Source: Candidatus Eiseniibacteriota bacterium
Lineage (GTDB): Bacteria > Eisenbacteria > RBG-16-71-46 > CAIMUX01 > VGJL01
Length of the DNA: 12,727 nucleotides
Direction of reading: 5' to 3'
Assembly (NCBI GenBank): GCA_041946735.1
Contig: JBHGAY010000055.1
Coordinates: 1 to 12,727 of the forward strand
The translations under genes were made by a program, and so were the position numbers. Position 1 is the stretch's first letter. Each line of letters begins with the position of its first letter. The notes under the pieces were generated by a model. It ran no database searches. It saw nothing but the letters and a program-made list of their open reading frames with translations, and was not told the origin of the DNA. This document shows positions 6,956 through 12,727 of the stretch, piece by piece.

Positions 6956-6976
6956 AGCTCTCTCATCCGGCGGTCG

Positions 6977-8395
6977 CTAGACCGCCTTCACCCGCGCGAT
7001 GCGCGTCTGGTACTGCTCGATCGCGATCAGCGCGGCGTACTCGCTGATGTAGAACCAGTCGTACTCGCCCAGCGGGGGGAGAGGCTGGTAGCCCATCGGC
7101 TTCAGCGTCGGCAGGAAGAGGAGGTTGCCATCCTCCGCCACCGGCGCCTTCGTGCAGAAGAGCCACATGTCCTCTTCGTTCGCGGCGAGCTCGTCGAGGT
7201 TGGCCGGGGCGTAGGCCGGCGTGTAGGCCGCCCCGCTGACCGTCCCGGTCGCGAAGGTCGTGGTCTGCGTCGTCCTGGATCCGGTGTCGACCCAGGTGAT
7301 CACGTCGGTCGCGGACAGGAAGCCGAAGCCGACCGAGTCCTCGGAGACGAGCGTCCCGGGGATCGTCGTGTAGTGGACCTCGGAGCCCGAGGCGCCACCG
7401 GCCGCCGTCCGGTAGATCTTGTAGAGATAGACCGCGCCGGCCGTGGCCGGGGCCGTCCAGGAGAGCTCGATCGAGCCGGCGCCGCTGCCGCCGCTGATCG
7501 TCGCCGTGACCTCGGTGCACGGCAGCGTCTCCCCCGTCTCGAGGATCGCGGAGACGTAGTAGTAGTACGCCCCGTCGGCCATCGCGCCGCCCGACGTCGC
7601 CGGCGTCGCCGTCACCGTCCCGCCCGGCCAGGCCTGGTTGGGAGCGATGAAGGACGTCGGGACGAGGGGGATCCCGCGGTAGTCGCGGAACCGGAAGCCG
7701 CCGGAGACCTCGACCTGGTCGTTCCAGCGCTGGCCGGACTGCTTCAGGCTCGAGATCTTCGAGATCATCTTCGGGGTCGTGAGGAAGAAGGCGTTGTCGG
7801 GCCCGAGGAAGACGCCCTCGGACTGGAGGTTGTCGATCACGGTGTCGAGGATGTCGGTCGAGATCGTGGCACCGTTGCCGTCGTAGATCTTCCCGTAGCC
7901 GGTCTGGCTCCACTGCTCCATCCCGGACCACATCGTCTCGTCCGCGTATTTGTTGGCGTAGAGGAGCGCCCACTCCTCGAGCCAGTTCGCGGAGACGGTG
8001 CAGCCCTTGATCTCGTTGCGGAGCGGATCGGTGAACTCCTGGGCCGCGAGGCCGAGGAAGTGCGTGACCTGCCCGCGCACCTGGAGCCGCTTGATCGGCT
8101 CCGCGAAGGACAGGTAGGTCGACCGGCCGATCGGTGCGGACTTGCCGTCACCGACGAACCGGCCGCGCCCCCTCGCCGACCGGAGGCGCTTGTCGTATGT
8201 CCCGCTCGTCCAGGGGATCCGCGGGATGAGCGTCCGCAGCGGCGAGAGCCGCATGTTGAGCTCGGTGATGTAGGGGTCGATCTTCTGGGGGATGAGCTTG
8301 TCGCCGGTCGTCGCGGCCGTCGAGTCGAGACCCTTGCGGATCCACTTCTCGATGTCCGCCGCACCGGGGGCGAATCCTCTCATGGCCTGGAACAT
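6977..8395 (-). CDS. Major capsid protein (HK97 fold) with an inserted FN3/Ig-like domain, 472 aa
   Basis: SD AAAGGAG. Capsid motifs GDKLIPQKIDPYITEL..SPLRTLIPR, FVGDG, IKRLQVRGQVT, EEWALLY, YRGIPLVPT. Directly follows the protease/scaffold gene. Insert at about 7180-7630 with YYYYVSA..GET, IELSWTAP, YKIYRT, WVDTG. Confidence 0.93.
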   Translation of the reverse strand: MFQAMRGFAPGAADIEKWIRKGLDSTAATTGDKLIPQKIDPYITELNMRLSPLRTLIPRIPWTSGTYDKRLRSARGRGRFVGDGKSAPIGRSTYLSFAEPIKRLQVRGQVTHFLGLAAQEFTDPLRNEIKGCTVSANWLEEWALLYANKYADETMWSGMEQWSQTGYGKIYDGNGATISTDILDTVIDNLQSEGVFLGPDNAFFLTTPKMISKISSLKQSGQRWNDQVEVSGGFRFRDYRGIPLVPTSFIAPNQAWPGGTVTATPATSGGAMADGAYYYYVSAILETGETLPCTEVTATISGGSGAGSIELSWTAPATAGAVYLYKIYRTAAGGASGSEVHYTTIPGTLVSEDSVGFGFLSATDVITWVDTGSRTTQTTTFATGTVSGAAYTPAYAPANLDELAANEEDMWLFCTKAPVAEDGNLLFLPTLKPMGYQPLPPLGEYDWFYISEYAALIAIEQYQTRIARVKAV

Positions 8396-8482
8396 GGTTC
8401 GGTCTCTCCTTTCGATCCGTCAGTGGGAGAGACCTGAGGAAGCGTCGGCCTGTGGCCCGCTATCAGTCTCCGGTCAGAGCGA
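8396..8482 (-). promoter_or_regulatory. Structured capsid leader with alternative SD-sequestering and SD-releasing hairpins
   Basis: A 9-bp inverted repeat GGTCTCTCC/GGAGAGACC (8434-8426 and 8409-8401) covers the SD. A competing upstream arm GAGACTGA (8470-8463) can pair with TCAGGTCTC (8437-8429). Confidence 0.55.
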
Positions 8483-8872
8483 TCAGCCCTTGCGGGTGAC
8501 CGCCTGGTCGAGCATGTCCATCTGCTCGAGGCGCGAGGCCTTCTGGAACTCCGGCGAGGCCTTGAGCTTCTTCAGCCAGTCGTCGCCGTCCTCGTTCTCG
8601 CGCCGCATCCGGTCGCTCTTCTCCTTCTCGTCCTCGATCACGTCGCGCTGGCCCCGGCGCTCGCCCTTCTCGCGCTCGCCCTGCTGCTCCCCGCCCTTGC
8701 CAGCCTCAGCCTGCTTGGCGCCCTCGGTGCCGGCGCTCTTCTGCTTCTGCGCGTCGTCGCCCTGATCGCCTTCGGGCTTCTCGCCCTTCACGGCCTTCAG
8801 GATCTCGTCGAGCTTCTCGTCGTGGGCCTTGACCCTCGCCTCGAGCTCCTCGAACTGCTTCTTGCCGATCAT
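8483..8872 (-). CDS. Nested in-frame short scaffold isoform (internal start 2), 129 aa
   Basis: CAGGGAGG-CGACGAC-ATG in frame, immediately before the coiled coil (GGDD-MIGKKQFEELEARV). Confidence 0.55.
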   Translation of the reverse strand: MIGKKQFEELEARVKAHDEKLDEILKAVKGEKPEGDQGDDAQKQKSAGTEGAKQAEAGKGGEQQGEREKGERRGQRDVIEDEKEKSDRMRRENEDGDDWLKKLKASPEFQKASRLEQMDMLDQAVTRKG

Positions 8873-9172
8873 GTCGTCGCCTCCCTGCGACTTGTCCTCC
8901 TCGGAGGACTCGCCGCCGTCTCCAGACGGAGCGGGAGCGGCCGCGGCTGGCATCTGGCACCACACGAGGTCTTCCTCCTCGATGTCGCCGGCCCGCTTCC
9001 ACTGGCCCTTCGGTTCCTGCTGCTTCTCGCCGCCGTCTCCACCCTCGCCACCGCCTTCGCCCGCGCCGTCCTCTCCGTCCTCGCTCTTCGCTTTCTTGGC
9101 GGCCTCATCCTGCTTCGCCTTCTCGGCAGCAGCCTCAGCCTCCTTGGCCTTCCGCTTCTCCTCTTCCGTCAT
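8483..9172 (-). CDS. Nested in-frame scaffold protein (internal start 1), 229 aa
   Basis: AAGGGAGG-CTATCCC-ATG in frame at the protease/scaffold boundary (GGYP-MTEEEKRK). Analogous to lambda C/Nu3 and Mu I/Z. Confidence 0.75.
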   Translation of the reverse strand: MTEEEKRKAKEAEAAAEKAKQDEAAKKAKSEDGEDGAGEGGGEGGDGGEKQQEPKGQWKRAGDIEEEDLVWCQMPAAAAPAPSGDGGESSEEDKSQGGDDMIGKKQFEELEARVKAHDEKLDEILKAVKGEKPEGDQGDDAQKQKSAGTEGAKQAEAGKGGEQQGEREKGERRGQRDVIEDEKEKSDRMRRENEDGDDWLKKLKASPEFQKASRLEQMDMLDQAVTRKG

Positions 9173-9862
9173 GGGATAGCCTCCCTTGCTCCTGCCCTGC
9201 GCGTGGTCGACGGTCCCACCGGGAGCCGACTGCCTCGGGCTGACAGCCTTGAAAATCGCGCCCATCCAGTCCTGGGCGAACGCGCGGTTCTTCGAGAAGA
9301 AGTTCTGAATCGCGGCGTCCGGGTATGCAGGCATGGACGTTGGCACTGTGTGCACGAGCTGCAACTTCTCGATCACGTACTGCCACTCGCCGTCGCGCTG
9401 CTCGGAGTGGCCGGTCTTCACGAAGCCGCCGATCGACATGCCGAGCTTCCGCGCGGGGATCCCGCTCTCGGGGACGCCGTGAAGCTTTCGCCAGAGGGTC
9501 ACCGTGTTGGGCATCGTCTTGTCGAGCCAGACGCGCACGAAAAGCTGATCCGCCGGATCGACCGATCCCTCGACCAGGTAGCCGATCTCCTCGTTCCAGT
9601 CGCTGTCCCAGTGCGTCGTGCAGAACGGGATCTGGCCGGAGTTGATCTGCGACGCCATGTCGGCGATGCACTCGGGCGTCATCCGGTCGCCCTGAAGATC
9701 GAGCCGCGTGCCGGAGGCGATCCCCTCGACGTACCAGTCGCCCTTCTCGTCCTCGTAGGCCTTCGAGACGAAGAGGTTGATCTTGAACTTCCCGCTCGTC
9801 GCGTCCTTGTACCGCTGGCGTTCCCCACGCAGCGGGGCGACTCGATCACGCCACGATCCCAT
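8483..9862 (-). CDS. Prohead protease (HK97/S78-like) fused to an acidic scaffold domain, 459 aa
   Basis: Start reassigned to ATG 9862 (TAGGAGGACCG-ATG, just after the gpF-like stop). Motifs VEGIAS..LDLQGDRM, TTHW (candidate catalytic His), IGYLV, GMSIGG (candidate catalytic Ser), PAYPDAAI. The C-terminal half is Glu/Lys/Gly-rich with coiled-coil segments. Confidence 0.92.
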   Translation of the reverse strand: MGSWRDRVAPLRGERQRYKDATSGKFKINLFVSKAYEDEKGDWYVEGIASGTRLDLQGDRMTPECIADMASQINSGQIPFCTTHWDSDWNEEIGYLVEGSVDPADQLFVRVWLDKTMPNTVTLWRKLHGVPESGIPARKLGMSIGGFVKTGHSEQRDGEWQYVIEKLQLVHTVPTSMPAYPDAAIQNFFSKNRAFAQDWMGAIFKAVSPRQSAPGGTVDHAQGRSKGGYPMTEEEKRKAKEAEAAAEKAKQDEAAKKAKSEDGEDGAGEGGGEGGDGGEKQQEPKGQWKRAGDIEEEDLVWCQMPAAAAPAPSGDGGESSEEDKSQGGDDMIGKKQFEELEARVKAHDEKLDEILKAVKGEKPEGDQGDDAQKQKSAGTEGAKQAEAGKGGEQQGEREKGERRGQRDVIEDEKEKSDRMRRENEDGDDWLKKLKASPEFQKASRLEQMDMLDQAVTRKG

Positions 9863-9870
9863 CGGTCCTC

Positions 9871-10698
9871 CTACGGCTCGACATCCGCGACCTCGTAGAT
9901 CCAATCGCAGCGGTCCTGCGGGTGGAGATCCCCCATCGCCATCGCCTGCTCGACCGTCCACGGCGGTTCCACCGAGCGGCTCTCCGCGTCCCGGGCAAGG
10001 CAGTCCTCGCACGCGTCCGTGGCCGCATCCCAGATGCAGCGCTCGATCTCGATCCCGTACTCCGCGGAGAGGTCCTGCGTGGTCTTGAGGTTGGCGTACC
10101 GGCTGGCCTGAGCGACCTCGGTGGCAGCGATCCGGTAGGTCTCGTAGTCCTCGAGGTCCTCGAACCAGTCGGCGACGTAGCGCCGGGCCTCCTCGTAGGT
10201 CTGGCCCTGCTCGATCGCACGCTGCAGGGCAGACCCGAGCAGCTCGCGGTTCGTCTCGCTGATCGCCTCGAGCACTCCCCGCTCGTAGGCGTGGATCCGG
10301 GCGTAGTCCGCGGCGAGCTGGCTGAACATGTCCTCGTCGAAGCTGATTCGCATCTGAGAGGCGATCGCCTCGGCTCGCACGCGGAGGGCCCGCTCGACAC
10401 CGTCCTTGACGGCTCTGCTGTCCCGGAGGTCGGAGGCGAGGTTGCCCGTGATCCGACGAGCGACCCAGTCCACCCACGCGCGGTCATCGGGGCTCAGTTC
10501 CTTCGCGACGAGCGAACGCTCGCGCAGCGCGTAGCGCTTCGGCCCCTCGACGTCGAGCAGCTCCAGACCTCTCGCGGCGAGCTCCCGCCAGACTGGCCGC
10601 AAACGCTTCCTGCAGGCGCGCTCGATACGCCGCATCTTGGGCCCGCTCGGTTTGCCGTGCGTGCGGAGAATCCGGTTGCGCCGGTGATCGCCGGCCAC
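9871..10698 (-). CDS. Head morphogenesis/minor capsid protein, SPP1 gp7/Mu gpF-like, 275 aa
   Basis: Motifs ISETNRELL..AIEQGQT, RIAATEVAQA, WDAATDACEDC, LHPQDRC (family pattern HPxCRC). Located after the portal. GTG start with AAGGTGG 9 nt upstream; the start is somewhat uncertain. Confidence 0.88.
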   Translation of the reverse strand: MAGDHRRNRILRTHGKPSGPKMRRIERACRKRLRPVWRELAARGLELLDVEGPKRYALRERSLVAKELSPDDRAWVDWVARRITGNLASDLRDSRAVKDGVERALRVRAEAIASQMRISFDEDMFSQLAADYARIHAYERGVLEAISETNRELLGSALQRAIEQGQTYEEARRYVADWFEDLEDYETYRIAATEVAQASRYANLKTTQDLSAEYGIEIERCIWDAATDACEDCLARDAESRSVEPPWTVEQAMAMGDLHPQDRCDWIYEVADVEP

Positions 10699-12259
10699 TG
10701 GCCTTCGCCACCTTGCCGCGCTTGCGCGACTTCAGCGGGAAGACCTGGCCGGCTCGACCACCCCCTTCCTCGCCAGACGAAGCACCGTCCATCGGGAACA
10801 CGTCGCCACCGAGATCCGAAGGTCCGAAGCTTTGCCCTTCCTCAGTGAGCTCGTAGCCGAGCGGGAGGCCGGTCAAGGGGTTGGTGGGCAGGTCGTAGAC
10901 GCAGACCGGCTCGCCGTCGATCGTGACCGTCGGGCCCTCCAGAGGATCGAGTCCACGGGCCTCTCGGAGCTCGTTGAGGGGCATCCCGGCGCCGAACATC
11001 GTGGCCCAGACGTTCGCCTCGGTCTCCTCGTCGAGCTGGTCCTCCTCGACGAAGGCGAACTCCAGGCGCGAGTCCCACTCCTGGACGACACCCCGGGTAA
11101 AGGCGCCTCCGAGGATCTTGATCAGCGGCCCGAGGCTCTTGCTCTGGTGGACCTCGCTCATCTCCTCGGTCGAGGCCTTCGTCGCCATCGTCTCGAGGAG
11201 GATCACCTGGTTCGGCTCGACCTGCCAGGCCGCGCAGACGACGCGGAAGAGCCAGTACACGAACTGCATGTACTCCATGTCGCGGTTCGAGCCGACGAGC
11301 TTCAGCAGCGTCGCCCCGACGCCAGTCTGTCCGGCAGGGAGGTCCACGTGCGGCAGCAGGTGCGCCTGGCCCCGATGCTCCTCCCAGAACGCCTTCAGGT
11401 TGTCGAGAACGCCCTGGCCGGCGCCGATCGTGACGAGGATGTTCTCGGCCAGGTTGCCGTCGGTGAAGGCCGACGCGTTGTGGTTCATCGCCCAGACATG
11501 CGAGCCGATCTCCAGCGCCACAGACTCCATCGGCGAGAGGCCCCAGAGCGAGTAGGTCGACGGCCGGTTCTTCAGGTAGATCAGATCTTCCTTGGGGAAC
11601 GGGATCGTCTCCTGCTTGCCGTGCGCCGTGTAGAGAATCTGCTCGTACTTCTCGATCCGGCCGTGCGCTTCGTAGCGCGGGACGATGGTCGCCGCGTCGA
11701 GAGCGACGAGCTCGGTGAGCTTCTTGCTGAGAGTGCTTCGGACCTTCTCGATCGCGCCACACCCGATGGTGAAGTAGTCCTTCAGGAACATCTCGAGGAA
11801 CTCGTGCCAAGAGGAATCGGGGTTCGGGTTCTCGAAGAAGTCGGTGATCTCCTCGATCCGCCCGGGCGCGACGAACCGCCCCGCATACCGCTTCCGGAGC
11901 TGGATCGCCCAGTCGACAGCCAGGACCTGCTGGATCTTCGTGTCGATCACGGCAGAGACGATCGAGTTGCGCTGGTAGATGCGACGCATCGACTCGAACG
12001 ACATGTAGCCGTGCCGTCGCGCTTCCGCCGGCGTCGGCCCCATCGGTCGCAGCGAGGCGACGTCCGACGTCATCCCCCGCGCGGCCTTGGCCCGGTAGTC
12101 CTCCATCGCCCGGGCGAGGGACTGGATGAGCTCGGGCTCGGCGAGGCTGAGCCGCTGCGACGGAGAGGAGGGCACCTCGACCCCAGCCGCAACGGCTGCC
12201 CCGCTGCCCGATGCGCTGCGCCCGATCAGGCGCGCGATGAGATCACCGACGGCGCCCAA
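10484..12259 (-). CDS. Portal protein (HK97-family), 591 aa as annotated; the last 71 codons overlap the gpF-like gene
   Basis: Motifs FFENPNP, FLEMFLKDYFTIGCGAIE, ELVALDAATI, EDLIYL, WGLSPME, NRDMEY, VCAAWQVEP, LNELREARGLDPLEG. The TTG start has only a weak SD, but the N-terminus MGAVGDLIARLIGR is portal-like. Confidence 0.93.
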   Translation of the reverse strand: MGAVGDLIARLIGRSASGSGAAVAAGVEVPSSPSQRLSLAEPELIQSLARAMEDYRAKAARGMTSDVASLRPMGPTPAEARRHGYMSFESMRRIYQRNSIVSAVIDTKIQQVLAVDWAIQLRKRYAGRFVAPGRIEEITDFFENPNPDSSWHEFLEMFLKDYFTIGCGAIEKVRSTLSKKLTELVALDAATIVPRYEAHGRIEKYEQILYTAHGKQETIPFPKEDLIYLKNRPSTYSLWGLSPMESVALEIGSHVWAMNHNASAFTDGNLAENILVTIGAGQGVLDNLKAFWEEHRGQAHLLPHVDLPAGQTGVGATLLKLVGSNRDMEYMQFVYWLFRVVCAAWQVEPNQVILLETMATKASTEEMSEVHQSKSLGPLIKILGGAFTRGVVQEWDSRLEFAFVEEDQLDEETEANVWATMFGAGMPLNELREARGLDPLEGPTVTIDGEPVCVYDLPTNPLTGLPLGYELTEEGQSFGPSDLGGDVFPMDGASSGEEGGGRAGQVFPLKSRKRGKVAKASGRRSPAQPDSPHARQTERAQDAAYRARLQEAFAASLAGARRERSGAARRRGAEALRAARAFARREGTEPR

Positions 12260-12656
12260 GGCTCCGGATGTAGCCCATCAGGCTCGACCCGAGCTGCGGA
12301 TCGTGACCATTGTTCGCTCCCGGCATCACGACGCGCGGCTGCGCCGCCTCGACCACGAGCTGGTGCTGCAGGGTCTGGACGACGCGCGCGGCGTCGAGCT
12401 GCGAGAGGACCTCGTTGCACATGTTGCGGACGTCGTGAGGCGTCGCGACGCGTGTGACACCGGGGAAGGGCCCAGGGTTGACGTGCACGCCCTGGCCGTC
12501 TGGTTGCAGCGTCAGGATCACGACGGCGGGGAGCTCCGGCGTCTTCTCCGGGCTCCCCTTCTGGTCTGCGCCTCCGTCGTCAGGCGCCGGCTGCTGCTCG
12601 TCCGGCGGCGTCGGCCCCACGAGCCTCAGGTCCGGCTCTTCGCGCTTCTCCGTCAT
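12243..12656 (-). CDS. Hypothetical protein upstream of the portal, 137 aa
   Basis: ATGA overlap with the upstream gene and high GC3 codon usage. Disordered acidic/Pro-rich N-terminus followed by a compact strand/helix segment. Overlaps the portal start by 17 nt. Confidence 0.8.
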   Translation of the reverse strand: MTEKREEPDLRLVGPTPPDEQQPAPDDGGADQKGSPEKTPELPAVVILTLQPDGQGVHVNPGPFPGVTRVATPHDVRNMCNEVLSQLDAARVVQTLQHQLVVEAAQPRVVMPGANNGHDPQLGSSLMGYIRSLGRRR

Positions 12657-12727
12657 CGGCCCTGCACCGTCCCGATCGCCGCGAGCGGCGGCACCGCGAA
12701 GACGGCCTCGAGGTCCACCGAGCCGTC
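12653..12727 (-). CDS. 3' end of an upstream gene (possibly terminase large subunit, by synteny only)
   Basis: Open frame DGSVDLEAVFAVPPLAAIGTVQGR, then TGA at 12653-12655 overlapping the next ATG. Nearly all codons end in G/C. Only 24 aa are visible, so identity is not established. Confidence 0.55.
   Translation of the reverse strand, partial: DGSVDLEAVFAVPPLAAIGTVQGR

Larger units (their letters stand above)
1..12727 (-). mobile_element. Head-neck-tail morphogenesis module of a tailed phage or prophage (siphovirus-like)
   Basis: Canonical order portal, gpF-like, protease/scaffold, capsid, adaptor, closure, gp10-like, terminator, tube, chaperone with frameshift, tape measure. All genes are on the minus strand, mostly abutting or overlapping (ATGA, TGATG, GTGA). 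No sheath gene lies between terminator and tube. No attachment site or genome end is in the window. Confidence 0.96.

Noticed and set aside
6963..7973. Alternative-frame minus-strand ORFs inside the capsid gene (and similarly 10842-11810 in the portal, 5972-6661 in the adaptor)
   Set aside because: Arg/Gly-rich off-frame translations expected from GC3 bias, with no motif support.
8408..8470. Hammerhead-like fragments in the capsid leader (CUGAUAG..GGCC-ACA-GGCC-GAC and CUGACGG..GAAA)
   Set aside because: Neither matches the required CUGANGA-stem II-GAAA core with proper stems I and III.
9863..10477. N-terminal 205-aa extension of the protease ORF (664 aa in the track)
   Set aside because: It overlaps the gpF-like gene out of frame with Arg-rich junk sequence; ATG 9862 has a strong SD right after the gpF stop.
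116..12457. Numerous long plus-strand ORFs (e.g. 336-1949, 1544-3184, 6560-8437, 10832-12457)
   Set aside because: They lie antisense to well-supported genes, have Arg/Pro/Gly-rich or shadow-frame composition and no recognisable motifs. High GC and strong codon bias make stop codons rare on the opposite strand.
1..12727. CRISPR array, tRNA, IS element, or diversity-generating retroelement repeat pair
   Set aside because: No regularly spaced repeats, cloverleaf, transposase or reverse transcriptase were seen. The paralog triad is too diverged at DNA level to be a template/variable repeat pair.
1..12727. Gene transfer agent or contractile injection system interpretation
   Set aside because: There is no sheath gene and a full head module is present, which excludes a contractile system. 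A gene transfer agent cannot be distinguished from a prophage without flanking sequence, and nothing here specifically supports it.
1..12727. Alternative genetic code or stop-codon reassignment
   Set aside because: Genes end at TGA or TAG at coupled junctions, and no in-frame stops interrupt recognisable domains.
1..12727. Abundance of GATC/TCGA/CGATCG palindromes as a regulatory repeat
   Set aside because: Explained by frequent ATC, GAG, CTC, GAC and TCG codon juxtapositions; no spacing pattern was seen and enrichment was not quantified.

Overview
The whole window (about 70% GC by eye) is one densely packed, minus-strand virion-morphogenesis operon of a tailed phage or prophage with a non-contractile (siphovirus-type) tail. 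In transcription order (right to left): 3' end of an upstream gene (terminase by synteny only), a hypothetical protein, portal, SPP1 gp7/Mu gpF-like head protein, prohead protease-scaffold fusion, major capsid protein, a small protein, head-tail adaptor, three tandem paralogous ~110-123 aa beta-rich proteins, head-closure protein, HK97 gp10-like protein, tail terminator, a second small protein, tail tube, tail assembly chaperone with a -1 frameshift extension, and the start of the tape measure protein. Less ordinary features: (1) the paralog triad inserted into the neck module; (2) internal extra domains in four structural proteins, including a discoidin-like domain in the tail terminator and an 'IDYxRG' module shared by terminator and tail tube; (3) two nested in-frame restart sites in the protease-scaffold gene; (4) a capsid leader that can form two mutually exclusive folds, one hiding the ribosome-binding site; (5) a 215-nt portal/gpF overlap with a sharp codon-bias switch. 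Family assignments come from remembered motifs and gene order, not database searches. The host cannot be determined. The long plus-strand ORFs look like antisense shadows.
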